A DNA stretch of 32,000 bases from an uncultured Bifidobacterium sp. (GCA_964529175.1 CAZGVO010000006.1:73308-105307); one strand, 5' to 3'. Numbered from the stretch's first letter, positions 23,613 through 32,000 are shown. Made by a program: numbers and translations. The notes: generated by a model not told the origin, from the sequence alone.

Positions 23613-23653
23613 TTTAATAAATAATTAAATATATTCGACTAAAATTTTATTTC

Positions 23654-26404
23654 ATGAAAAAGTTTGTCCAGTTTTTGTTCCTAATTTTGGTAATTGCAAT
23701 TAATGCTAATGCCAGCAATATCAATAAACCTATATCTTCGCAATACGGTTTTATAGAAAACAAAGGACAAATAATTGATCAAAATAACAATCCAAACCCT
23801 AGTGTTTTGTACTTGTATAATGGCAATGGATTACGTGTGCAATTGCGAAAAGAAGGTTTTAGTTATGAAGTAATAAATACCATAAAAACGCCTAAAACCA
23901 TCATAGATAAAGTGCCTCATGGTAAGTTTGCTTCTCAAGTAGATTCGTTTGATATAACCTACCAAACACACAGAGTGGATATAAACTTTAAAGATGGAAA
24001 CAAAAATGCAGCACTAAAACCTTACCAACCTGCAAACGATTTTATAAACTACTACACCACAGGAACAAGTGAAGCAGGAGTAACCAATGTGCATCATTTT
24101 CAAAAAGTAGTGTACGAAAATGTGTATCCAAATATTGATATAGAATTTGTGTTGAACGATGCAGCTAACAAAGGGAAATTTAAATACAATTTTATAGTGA
24201 AACCCAATGGGAATTTGGCTGATATAAAACTAGCATTTTTAGGTGCAAACAGCACCAGTTTAAACCAAGCGGGTAATATATTAATAGAAACAACTTATGG
24301 AAACATAGAAGAAAATATTCCGTTAAGTTATGTTATAAATAATAACAATTCTCACAGCACCATCAAAGCTAATTTTACAGCACTTGACAATAATACTTAT
24401 GGTATAATAGCCGAAAACTATAACCATAACCAAACATTGGTAATAGACCCAACCAATTGGACTACTTATTACGGAGGGTCTAGTGTTGATTTTGGCTCAG
24501 GAATAGCAACGGATGCAACTGGTAATATATTAATAACAGGAAGCACAGGCACATTAGGACAGTCTGGCTCAACTAATGCAATAGCAACTGCTGGAGCACA
24601 CCAAACAACAATGGGTGGTGGTTCTGATGCTTTTATAGCCAAGTTTAATACAAATGGAATTATTCAGTGGGCTACTTATTATGGGGGGAGTGGTGATGAT
24701 TACGGTGATGGAATAGCAACAGATATCAATGGAAATGTAATAATAACAGGAGAAACTAGATCAAGCAATGCTATAGCAACTGTTGGAGCACACCAAACGG
24801 TATTTGGTAGCAGTATTTCAAGCAGTGATGCTTTTATAGCTAAGTTTGATAGCAGTGGAGTAAGACAATGGGCTACTTATTATGGAGGGAGTAATAATGA
24901 TAAAGGAAGTGGTATTGCAACAGATGCCAGTGGGAATATAATAATAACAGGGACAACTTCATCAACAAATGCTATAGTCACCGTTGGAGCGCACCAAACA
25001 ACTTTGGGGGGAGTTCCAGGATTTAATGGAGATGCTTTTGTTGTGAAGTTCAATAGCAATGGCGTAAGGCAATGGGCTACTTATTATGGAGGGAGTAATT
25101 CTGATGAAGGAAACGGAATAACAATAGATGTTGGAGGAAATATTTTAATAACAGGGTCAACTTTTTCACTAAATGCAATAGCAACTGTTGGAGCATACCA
25201 AACAGTGCTTGGTAGCAGCAGTAGCATGGGCGTTTATGATGCTTTTATAGCCAAGTTCAATAGTAATGGCGTAAGGCAATGGGCTACTTATTATGGAGGA
25301 AGTGATAATGAATTAGGAAATGGAATAGCAGCAGATGCCAATGGGAATGTTATTATTACAGGTCAAACAAGATCAAGCAATGCCATAGCAACTGTTGGAG
25401 CACACCAAACGGTATTTGGTAGCAGTAGTTCAAGCAATGATGCTTTTATAGCCAAGTTTAGTAGCAATGGATTAATGCAATGGGCTACTTATTATGGAGG
25501 GAGTCTTGAGGATAATGGAAGAGGAGTAATAACGGATGCCAATGGGAATGTACTGATAATTGGATTTACTAAATCAAGCAATGCAATAGCAACGATTGGT
25601 TCACGTCAATCAATATATGGCGGAGGAAATTATGATGCTTTTATAGTCAAGTTTGATACTAATGGCGTAAGGCAATGGGCTACTTATTATGGTGGGAGTT
25701 TTGAAGATAATGGAAGAGGAATAACAAAAGATGCCAATGAGAATATTATAATAACAGGATGGACTGCATCAACTAATGCCATAGCATCAATTGGTGCATA
25801 CCAAACATCTTTCGGTGGGGGCTTTGATGCGTTCATTGCTAAATTCAATTCCAACGGAACTTTACCAATAAAACTCATTTCATTTAATGCAACTTTAGTA
25901 AACGAAAAAGTAAATTGTATTTGGGAAACAGCATCAGAAATTAACAATGATTATTTTACCGTAGAAAGAAGCAAGGATGGCAATGGTTTTGAAGCTGTTG
26001 GAAATATAAAAGGACAAGGAAATTCAAACAGCAATATTCGTTACAGTTACACTGATAATAATCCTTTTAGAGGCATTAGTTACTACCGTTTAAAGCAAAC
26101 AGATTTTGATGGAAAATACACTTATAGCGAAATAAAAAAGGTAGGATTGGATAAAGAATTGGCGTCTAAAATTTCATTGTATTATGAAAATAATAATCCA
26201 ATAATTTCAATCAGCTCATTGGTTGAAAACAAAGTTGCTATTGAACTTATTAACTTGAACGGGATAAAGTTATTTACCAATGAACAGCCAATAATTAAAG
26301 GTGAAAATACTTTTGCTATTGATGGAAATATAACTCCAGGTTTGTATTTATTAAAAGTACAAATGGAAAATGAAGTGAAGTATTTTAAAGTTTGGATGAG
26401 GTAG
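23654..26404 (+). CDS. T9SS-sorted protein with a seven-repeat SBBP beta-propeller
   Basis: Signal peptide present. There are seven ~65-aa repeats W[AT]TYYGGS..D.G.GIA.D..GN..ITG.T.S.NAIAT.GA.Q......DAFI.KF...G (nt ~24458-25865). The C-terminal tail ...GLYLLKVQMENEVKYFKVWMR fits a T9SS CTD. Confidence 0.85.
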   Translation: MKKFVQFLFLILVIAINANASNINKPISSQYGFIENKGQIIDQNNNPNPSVLYLYNGNGLRVQLRKEGFSYEVINTIKTPKTIIDKVPHGKFASQVDSFDITYQTHRVDINFKDGNKNAALKPYQPANDFINYYTTGTSEAGVTNVHHFQKVVYENVYPNIDIEFVLNDAANKGKFKYNFIVKPNGNLADIKLAFLGANSTSLNQAGNILIETTYGNIEENIPLSYVINNNNSHSTIKANFTALDNNTYGIIAENYNHNQTLVIDPTNWTTYYGGSSVDFGSGIATDATGNILITGSTGTLGQSGSTNAIATAGAHQTTMGGGSDAFIAKFNTNGIIQWATYYGGSGDDYGDGIATDINGNVIITGETRSSNAIATVGAHQTVFGSSISSSDAFIAKFDSSGVRQWATYYGGSNNDKGSGIATDASGNIIITGTTSSTNAIVTVGAHQTTLGGVPGFNGDAFVVKFNSNGVRQWATYYGGSNSDEGNGITIDVGGNILITGSTFSLNAIATVGAYQTVLGSSSSMGVYDAFIAKFNSNGVRQWATYYGGSDNELGNGIAADANGNVIITGQTRSSNAIATVGAHQTVFGSSSSSNDAFIAKFSSNGLMQWATYYGGSLEDNGRGVITDANGNVLIIGFTKSSNAIATIGSRQSIYGGGNYDAFIVKFDTNGVRQWATYYGGSFEDNGRGITKDANENIIITGWTASTNAIASIGAYQTSFGGGFDAFIAKFNSNGTLPIKLISFNATLVNEKVNCIWETASEINNDYFTVERSKDGNGFEAVGNIKGQGNSNSNIRYSYTDNNPFRGISYYRLKQTDFDGKYTYSEIKKVGLDKELASKISLYYENNNPIISISSLVENKVAIELINLNGIKLFTNEQPIIKGENTFAIDGNITPGLYLLKVQMENEVKYFKVWMR

Positions 26405-26521
26405 AAAACGCCAAAGATTTATTCAAACACGAGGTCTGTTCGGAATTATCACTAAAAATAATACCAATCTTTTAACCTCAAAAGCTTTCTATATTTAAAT
26501 TGACCTTATATTTGTTTTGCA

Positions 26522-26998
26522 ATGAGTGAAATTGAAATATATAAATCTGCTGACGATGCAATTGAACTTCAAGTAAGTTTTGATGATGAAACTGTGTGGC
26601 TGTCGCAAAAACAAATGGCTAATTTATTCGGTAGAAATAGGGTTGCAATTACTCAACATATAGGAAATATTTTTAAGGAGGAAGAGTTGAATGAAAAAGT
26701 GGTGTGTAAGGATTTCTTACATACCACTCAACATGGTGCAATAACCGGAAAAACACAAGAAAAACCCATTAAATATTATAATCTTGATGTAATCATCTCA
26801 GTAGGTTACAGAGTGAAATCAAAGCAAGGCACTCAATTCCGACAATGGGCAACCCAACGTTTGAAAGACTACTTGGTGCAAGGATATGCAATAAATGAAA
26901 AACGGTTAAAAGAAGCCAACAGTAAATTACAAGATTTACAAAAAGCCATTACTTTAGCTGTGAAAGCGGGAAATAAAACAACATATTCATATTCTTAA
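26522..26998 (+). CDS. RhuM-family protein, N-terminal portion only (likely truncated remnant)
   Basis: IEIY...D..IELQV.FDDETVWL.Q.QMA.LFGR.R..IT.HI.NIF.E.EL.....C..F.........K.....YYNLDVIISVGYRVKS..GTQFR.WATQRLKDYLVQGYAINEKRL is the conserved RhuM N-terminal region. From memory, family members are roughly twice this length. Confidence 0.65.
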   Translation: MSEIEIYKSADDAIELQVSFDDETVWLSQKQMANLFGRNRVAITQHIGNIFKEEELNEKVVCKDFLHTTQHGAITGKTQEKPIKYYNLDVIISVGYRVKSKQGTQFRQWATQRLKDYLVQGYAINEKRLKEANSKLQDLQKAITLAVKAGNKTTYSYS

Positions 26999-27015
26999 TT
27001 CTTCAAGTTATAGCG

Positions 27016-27069
27016 AACGAAGTGAAGCAATCTCATTTTCTGTTAGTTTAAAAATTGCTTCACTTCGTT
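27016..27069. repeat. Perfect 16-bp-stem hairpin (terminator-like), related to the dispersed CGAAGTG elements
   Basis: AACGAAGTGAAGCAAT (27016-27031) / ATTGCTTCACTTCGTT (27054-27069) with a 22-nt loop. It starts 18 nt after the RhuM-fragment stop. Confidence 0.7.
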
Positions 27070-27273
27070 AACAACAACAAAGCTATATTTTCAGAAATTA
27101 TTGAATTATGTAAAAGGACTAATGAAAATATTTATTCATTAAGAGTAAAAAGAATGCTAAGCATAATGCTTAAAAAACTTTCCCAAAAATCAATCGTATA
27201 TTTTGTTAAACAAGTATGCTTAAATGTGAGCAAAGCTTAGCATAAGGCTTTGTGGTAAAAAAAGTTTAGGCAT

Positions 27274-27281
27274 TAATTTTG
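27274..27281 (+). promoter_or_regulatory. Candidate -7 box (TAATTTTG), with a TTG 21 nt upstream, for the glucosaminidase gene
   Basis: Perfect TAnnTTTG, 26 nt before the ATG at 27307. A TTG at 27250-27252 gives -33-like spacing. Confidence 0.4.
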
Positions 27282-27306
27282 TCGATTACGAATTTTATTG
27301 ATTGAT

Positions 27307-28941
27307 ATGAGGTATATTTTTAATATATTATTGTGTTTTTGGGGTTTAGCGGCCTTGGCACAAGATGAGGTAAAACCAAAGTTAACTGTAGAACAATACA
27401 TTGAAAAGTATTCGGCTTTGGCAGTAGAGGAAATGTACCGCAGTCATATTCCGGCAAGTATTACTTTGGCGCAAGGTATTTTAGAAAGTGGTAATGGAAA
27501 CAGCCGTTTGGCTACTCAAGCCAATAACCATTTTGGAATAAAATGTAAGGCTAGTTGGACTGGTCAAACCATGTATGAAGATGATGATGCTCCACAAGAA
27601 TGTTTTAGAAAATACGATGCTGCCATTGATAGTTACCGCGATCATTCTGATTTTTTGATGAACAATAAGCGCTATGCTTTTTTATTTGATTTAGATAGTA
27701 AAGACTACAAAGGCTGGGCTTACGGACTTAAAAAAGCTGGTTATGCTACCAATCCTCAGTACCCTGAATTGCTGATTACTTTTATTGAAAAACACGGTTT
27801 GCATAAGTACGATGAAATAAAAAGAAGCGAAGAGGAAGAAAAAGAGCAAGCCGAGGAAAAAGCCCAAATAGTAAAAACTTATGGCAAAGAAATAATGATT
27901 AATGGAGTGCCCGCCATTACTGCCAAAGCCAACGAAAGTTTTGCTCAAATTGCTCTAAATTACGATATTAAAGTTTATCAGTTGTATAAATACAACGATT
28001 TACAAAAAGACGATGAGTGCCACGAAGGAGATACGATTTTTTTGAAAAACAAAAAAAATAAGGCAGAAATAGAAACTTGTATTTTTGGTAAAGGCGATAA
28101 TACCCATAAAATTTCTCAACGTTATGCCGTTAAATTAGAGAAAATACTTTCTCGAAATAACTTGGTTTTAAATCAACAACCTGCTGTTGGTCAAGTAATT
28201 TACTTAAACAGTAAACGTGCTGATAATATAGTAATTGCGGATACTGCCATTCAACGCGATTCGGTAGAAATAGTAAAAACTGAAACTGCACCTAATGTAA
28301 TTAAGGTAGATACTATAGTAATGAACGAAACCGTTTATGAAGACCCAAAAAAGAATATTGAAACCATGTTTCCGGTTAATGAAAATACATTAAGTTATTT
28401 TGATACGTTAGAAGAAAAAAAATCGGAATTATCGTTTTTTCATACGGTGCAGGCAGGCGAAACTTTATATAGCATTGCCAAAAAATACAATGTAAAAGTG
28501 GATGCGTTGCAATTTTTGAACGCCATGAAAAACAACAATATTGAAGTTGGACAAAAGTTAATTATTAACCCAAATTTACCAAGTGCCGATACCAAAGAAC
28601 CTCAACCTGTTCCTGGTTACCACATTGTTCGTCATGGTGAAACTTTATTTGCTATTTCAAAAATGTATAATATTTCAGTTTCTGACTTGAAAGCAATTAA
28701 TACTTTGATTAACAACGATATAAAAATAGACCAAAGGTTAATAATTGTGCCTGTAAAAACCACTTCTGGAGGTGAGGTAAAAACACCAACAGGCAGTGCA
28801 GATGCATTTTATTATACTATTGAAAAGGGCGAAACGTTATTTGGTATAGGCCGAAAATTCAATGTTTCGATGACTGATTTAAGAAAACTGAATACTCATT
28901 TAAACCAAGCAAAAGCAGGCGAAAAAATTAGAATCAGGTAA
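27307..28941 (+). CDS. Secreted peptidoglycan hydrolase: GH73 N-acetylglucosaminidase domain plus multiple LysM repeats
   Basis: Signal peptide MRYIFNILLCFWGLAALAQ. Glucosaminidase motif ITLAQGILESGNGNSRLA..ANN.FGIK. At least three clear LysM units (H.V..GETL..I...YN....L...N). I prefer the ATG at 27307 to the TTG at 27298. Confidence 0.85.
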   Translation: MRYIFNILLCFWGLAALAQDEVKPKLTVEQYIEKYSALAVEEMYRSHIPASITLAQGILESGNGNSRLATQANNHFGIKCKASWTGQTMYEDDDAPQECFRKYDAAIDSYRDHSDFLMNNKRYAFLFDLDSKDYKGWAYGLKKAGYATNPQYPELLITFIEKHGLHKYDEIKRSEEEEKEQAEEKAQIVKTYGKEIMINGVPAITAKANESFAQIALNYDIKVYQLYKYNDLQKDDECHEGDTIFLKNKKNKAEIETCIFGKGDNTHKISQRYAVKLEKILSRNNLVLNQQPAVGQVIYLNSKRADNIVIADTAIQRDSVEIVKTETAPNVIKVDTIVMNETVYEDPKKNIETMFPVNENTLSYFDTLEEKKSELSFFHTVQAGETLYSIAKKYNVKVDALQFLNAMKNNNIEVGQKLIINPNLPSADTKEPQPVPGYHIVRHGETLFAISKMYNISVSDLKAINTLINNDIKIDQRLIIVPVKTTSGGEVKTPTGSADAFYYTIEKGETLFGIGRKFNVSMTDLRKLNTHLNQAKAGEKIRIR

Positions 28942-29034
28942 AAAATTAAATATTTAGGTGCTTTGCAACTAATTTTACTTTGCTTAAATCAATCAAATCA
29001 TTATCATTGTAATTATTATTAAACTTATTCAATA

Positions 29035-29736
29035 ATGAAAAAAATATACTTTTCAGTAATTAGTACGTTATTATTTTTAGGAGCACAAGCTCAAATATCG
29101 TACGGTTTTGACTATAAAGAAAACTACGAAAGTTTTACCAATAAAGATGCAGGTTCTGCTATAACAATTGCATTGTATAATGCTAACCAAGATAGCACCA
29201 CGCGCCCTTACTCAGCTATTTTATCGGTAATTGACAATACAACAAAACCTAGTCTAAACGCAATTAATAAAACACATTTTGATATGCCTGCTCAGCAAAA
29301 AGTTGAGTTTTTACCTGGCCAAAAAGGGTATAGAAATATCATTAATGTACCAATTAATCCAATTGCCGACCCTGTATTTTGGGGACAAAGAGTTTTTGAA
29401 TTAAATTTAGGAACTTTAGAAGGTTTTGCAGTGGGTAATTTAGTTAATGGGCACGAGTATTTTACTGTAGTAATTGATTACGATGGTAGTAAAATTGGTG
29501 TTCCAAGAGTAAATAAAACCATGTTTACTATTTACCCTAACCCAAGTTCAAATAATATTTACGTTACTGGGGTTGAGTGCCAAAGTATTCAAATTTTAGA
29601 TTTAATGGGTAAAGTTGTTTTAGACCAAAATTTACCAAGTAATCAAATTAGTATTGAAACATTGCCAGCTGGTATTTATGTTTTAAATGCCATGAGCGAT
29701 AAAGGATTGGTTACTCAAAAAATTGTTAAACAATAA
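29035..29736 (+). CDS. Small secreted protein with T9SS C-terminal sorting domain
   Basis: Signal peptide (LLFLGAQAQ). C-terminus FTIYPNPSSNNIYV...LPAGIYVLNAMSDKGLVTQKIVKQ. Confidence 0.7.
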   Translation: MKKIYFSVISTLLFLGAQAQISYGFDYKENYESFTNKDAGSAITIALYNANQDSTTRPYSAILSVIDNTTKPSLNAINKTHFDMPAQQKVEFLPGQKGYRNIINVPINPIADPVFWGQRVFELNLGTLEGFAVGNLVNGHEYFTVVIDYDGSKIGVPRVNKTMFTIYPNPSSNNIYVTGVECQSIQILDLMGKVVLDQNLPSNQISIETLPAGIYVLNAMSDKGLVTQKIVKQ

Positions 29737-29754
29737 TTGATAAAAAAATATTGA

Positions 29755-29787
29755 AAAGCCGAAGTTTTTAAAACTTCGGCTTTTTTT
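29755..29787 (+). terminator. Rho-independent terminator
   Basis: AAGCCGAAGTTT / AAACTTCGGCTT stem followed by T7. Confidence 0.88.
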
Positions 29788-29824
29788 ATGTTCGTTACTT
29801 CATAAATAGATTTATTTTTACCAC

Positions 29825-31621
29825 ATGCAACAACCTTGGTTTATAATTGATTTTGATAGCACTTTTACGCAAGTAGAAGCTATGGAAGAATTGGCTGCCA
29901 TTAGCTTAAAAAACGACCCTGAAAAAGAAGCAATTATTGAGCAAATAAAACATTTAACTGATTTGGCTATGGATGGAAAAATGCCATTTAACAAATCGTT
30001 AAAAGCTCGAATTGCACTGCTTTCGGCTAAAAAATACCATTTAAACATGTTGGTAAATAAGCTGCGCAAAAAGGTGTCGCCATCGTTTGCTCGTAACAAG
30101 GAGTTTTTTAAAAAATACCAAGGGAGGGTTTTAATTGTGTCAGGTGGTTTTAAAGAATTCATTGCGCCCGTTGTTAAAAGTTTTTTTATAGATGAAGATT
30201 GCATTTATGCCAATACATTTATTTACGATAAAAAAAATAATATAATTGGTTCTGACGAAGAAAATCCTTTGGCACAAGAAGGTGGCAAAGTAAAATTGTT
30301 AAAGCAATTAAAGTTAAAAGGGCAGGTTATAGCCATTGGCGATGGTTACACCGATTACCAAATGCGTGAAAGCGGAATGGCTGAACAATTTTTTGCTTTT
30401 ACCGAAAATATAGCGCGTGAACGTGTATTAGCCAAAGCAGATTATATAGCTCCAAGCTTAGATGAAATTTTATATAAAATGAAATTGCCAATGGCACTTT
30501 CGTACCCTAAAAGCCGTATCAATGCAGTACTTTTGGGAAAAGAAACTTTTGCTGCTGAACCTTATTTTAAATTAGAAGGATATAATGTTATCAAACGCGA
30601 AACTTTAACCAATAAAGCATTAACTGATTTGAAAAATGCTTCAATCATTGTTTCATCATTAAAGCAAGAAATAACTGATTTAAATAATTTCCCTAAACTA
30701 ATAAGTTTGGCTGTTTGGGGCAATAATAATAAGCAGTTTAATGCATCTATTGCACAGCAAAGGGCAGTGCCTATTTTTAGTTCACCTTTTGCTAATACCC
30801 GCAGCGTAGTTGAATTGGGTTTAGGTTTTATGTTTCAATTATCGAGGCAAACCAATACCGAATTGCGAGGCAAAAAAATTGGAATAATTGGTTATGGAAA
30901 TGCGGGCAGTTTAATGGGTGTGTTAGCTCAAAATTTGGGAATGGATGTGCTTTATTTTGATGAAAAAGACCGCGCACCATTAGGCAATGCAATTGCGTGT
31001 AAATCGGTAACTGATTTGCTCAAAAAATCTAATTATGTGGTGCTACTTCAAAGTAAAAATACTGGAACTATTTTGGCAGAAAAAGAGTTAAAGCAAATGC
31101 AACCGAATGCGTGTTTAATTAACTTAAGTTACGATGATTCTGTTGAGGTACAAGCCGCGTTGAAATTGGTTCAGCAAAAAAAATTATTTGGCTTTGCGAT
31201 GGATTTTCAGCAAGAAGAAAATTATTTGAAACTTAAGCAAAACAGCCAAATTATTGCCACGCTTAATCAAAGAAATAATACCTTAGAAACACAACAAAAC
31301 ATTGCCAGTTTTACTAGCGAAAAAATTATTCAATACATTAATACGGGTAATATAAGTAGTAGTTTAAACTTCCCTGATATTCAATTACCCGCCTTGCAGG
31401 GCTCGCATCGTTTTATTCATATTCATAAAAATAAACCTGGTTTGTTAGCTAAAATAAATGCTGTTTTGGCCAAACATAAAATAAATATTACAGGTCAATA
31501 TTTAAAAACCAACGAAACTTTAGGTTATGTAATTACTGATGTTTCTAAAAAGTATGATAATGAAGTAATTAGTGAGTTAAAGAAAATTGAAGCAACCCTA
31601 AAATTTAGGGTGATTTATTAG
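29825..31621 (+). CDS. Fusion protein: HAD phosphoserine-phosphatase-like domain, SerA-like 2-hydroxyacid dehydrogenase domain (apparently degenerate active site) and ACT domain
   Basis: The HAD motifs are intact (DFDST, VSGGF, GDGYTDYQM). The SerA-like region is present (PFANTRSVVEL, LRGKKIGIIGYGNAG). The ACT region RFIHIHKNKPGLLAKINAVLAKHKINITGQYLKTNETLGYVITDV is close to E. coli SerA RLMHIHENRPGVLTALNKIFAEQGVNIAAQYLQTSAQMGYVVIDI. Confidence 0.85.
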   Translation: MQQPWFIIDFDSTFTQVEAMEELAAISLKNDPEKEAIIEQIKHLTDLAMDGKMPFNKSLKARIALLSAKKYHLNMLVNKLRKKVSPSFARNKEFFKKYQGRVLIVSGGFKEFIAPVVKSFFIDEDCIYANTFIYDKKNNIIGSDEENPLAQEGGKVKLLKQLKLKGQVIAIGDGYTDYQMRESGMAEQFFAFTENIARERVLAKADYIAPSLDEILYKMKLPMALSYPKSRINAVLLGKETFAAEPYFKLEGYNVIKRETLTNKALTDLKNASIIVSSLKQEITDLNNFPKLISLAVWGNNNKQFNASIAQQRAVPIFSSPFANTRSVVELGLGFMFQLSRQTNTELRGKKIGIIGYGNAGSLMGVLAQNLGMDVLYFDEKDRAPLGNAIACKSVTDLLKKSNYVVLLQSKNTGTILAEKELKQMQPNACLINLSYDDSVEVQAALKLVQQKKLFGFAMDFQQEENYLKLKQNSQIIATLNQRNNTLETQQNIASFTSEKIIQYINTGNISSSLNFPDIQLPALQGSHRFIHIHKNKPGLLAKINAVLAKHKINITGQYLKTNETLGYVITDVSKKYDNEVISELKKIEATLKFRVIY

Positions 31622-31732
31622 TGTAAATTAAAGTTTACGCAATATTTTATACTAAAAAACTTATTATTGCCTTTGTTCTTTTTTAAACCTAAAAACAATA
31701 GTAAAACTCTACTCCATATTTTAAATTTATTA

Positions 31733-32000
31733 ATGCAAAAATTCTTTTGTTTTTTACTCCTTGCTTTGGGGGTTACTATTACAGTAAAAGCTCAAAACGA
31801 TAAGGCAATTATTAGTGGTACAGTTAAGGATAGCATGGGGCAATTGGCCGAAGGTGTTACTGTTTCGGTAATAGGCCAAAAAAATACTGTGGTTACCAAT
31901 GAAGATGGTTTTTATAAAATATTGGTAGATGGTAATAAAGGAGTAGATTTAAAGTTTATTTACTTTGGGCAAAAAGGTCAAACATTTAGTATACCTGCAT
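31733..32000 (+). CDS. TonB-dependent receptor-like outer membrane protein, N-terminal part (3'-truncated by the window edge)
   Basis: My own translation is MQKFFCFLLLALGVTITVKAQNDKAIISGTVKDSMGQLAEGVTVSVIGQKNTVVTNEDGFYKILV.... That is a signal peptide followed by a carboxypeptidase-regulatory-like (CarbopepD_reg) domain, typical of Bacteroidota TonB-dependent receptors. The frame is open to the window end. Confidence 0.7.
   Translation, partial: MQKFFCFLLLALGVTITVKAQNDKAIISGTVKDSMGQLAEGVTVSVIGQKNTVVTNEDGFYKILVDGNKGVDLKFIYFGQKGQTFSIPA

Noticed and set aside
27055-27240. 61-aa ORF after the RhuM fragment
   Set aside because: It starts at a TTG within the right arm of the 16-bp hairpin, is Lys/Ile/Asn-rich as expected from AT-rich DNA, and does not resemble the missing RhuM C-terminal half.
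23654-27250. Possible prophage or defence island around the RhuM-like gene
   Set aside because: There is no integrase, recombinase, tRNA attachment site, restriction, toxin or nuclease genes, and no phage structural genes in the vicinity. The neighbours are surface and cell-wall proteins, and the RhuM gene looks truncated.
27298-27306. TTG start for the glucosaminidase gene
   Set aside because: The ATG at 27307 gives a canonical signal peptide (MRYIFNILLCFWGLAALAQ) and better spacing from the candidate -7 box.
17103-27948. Other short shadow ORFs in the track (17103..17369, 19112..19297, 19991..20203, 20476..20742, 21097..21288, 21341..21538, 22933..23142, 23317..23505, 25687..25947, 27691..27948)
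   Set aside because: Each overlaps, on the opposite strand or in another frame, a gene with a confident functional assignment (lysS, icd, pdhA, ribH, the SBBP protein, the glucosaminidase) or, for 17103..17369, a longer hypothetical membrane-protein ORF (17036..17671). None has independent support.
29818-30204. 128-aa minus-strand ORF
   Set aside because: It lies entirely antisense to the HAD domain of the fusion gene, whose catalytic motifs are clear. It has no features of its own.

Overview
AT-rich chromosomal window that looks like Bacteroidota. The evidence is four proteins ending in type-A T9SS (Por) C-terminal sorting domains, a long-form LysRS, TAnnTTTG-type -7 boxes and a LemA-TPM-TPM operon. 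All calls rest on motif recognition in the supplied translations and on reading the DNA; no database search was possible.

Layout:
- (i) 1-11.1 kb, accessory surface-protein region. Two paralogous giant T9SS-sorted repeat adhesins (a 5'-truncated one ending at 2736, and a 2006-aa one at 4768-10788) are each followed about 95 nt downstream by a 62-aa mini-protein. The mini-protein consists only of a signal peptide and a PEP-CTERM/GlyGly-CTERM-like tail. The two modules are separated by a 1.3-kb non-coding AT-rich stretch holding a 42-bp palindrome-bearing tandem repeat array.
- (ii) 11.2-15.8 kb, mostly minus-strand genes: a plus-strand membrane protein, then on the minus strand a PolB-like 3'-5' exonuclease, an AlkD-like DNA alkylation repair protein, a membrane protein, TPM, TPM and LemA.
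- (iii) 15.9-17.0 kb: an IS200/IS605-type Y1 (HUH) transposase flanked on both sides by ~120-bp multi-hairpin REP-like units (RAYT-like arrangement).
- (iv) 17.8-23.5 kb, core genes: lysS, icd, pdhA, a TPR protein and ribH.
- (v) 23.6-29.7 kb: a 7-blade SBBP beta-propeller T9SS protein, an N-terminal RhuM fragment, a GH73 glucosaminidase with LysM repeats, and a small T9SS protein.
- (vi) 29.8-31.6 kb: a HAD phosphoserine-phosphatase-like domain fused to a SerA-like dehydrogenase and ACT domain. The dehydrogenase catalytic Arg and His appear to be replaced.
- (vii) 31.7 kb to the window end: the start of a TonB-dependent-receptor-like gene.

The best candidate for something undescribed is the duplicated module of giant T9SS adhesin plus sorting-signal-only mini-protein. 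A family of short GC-richer hairpin elements is scattered through intergenic spacers. No rRNA, tRNA or CRISPR array was recognised.
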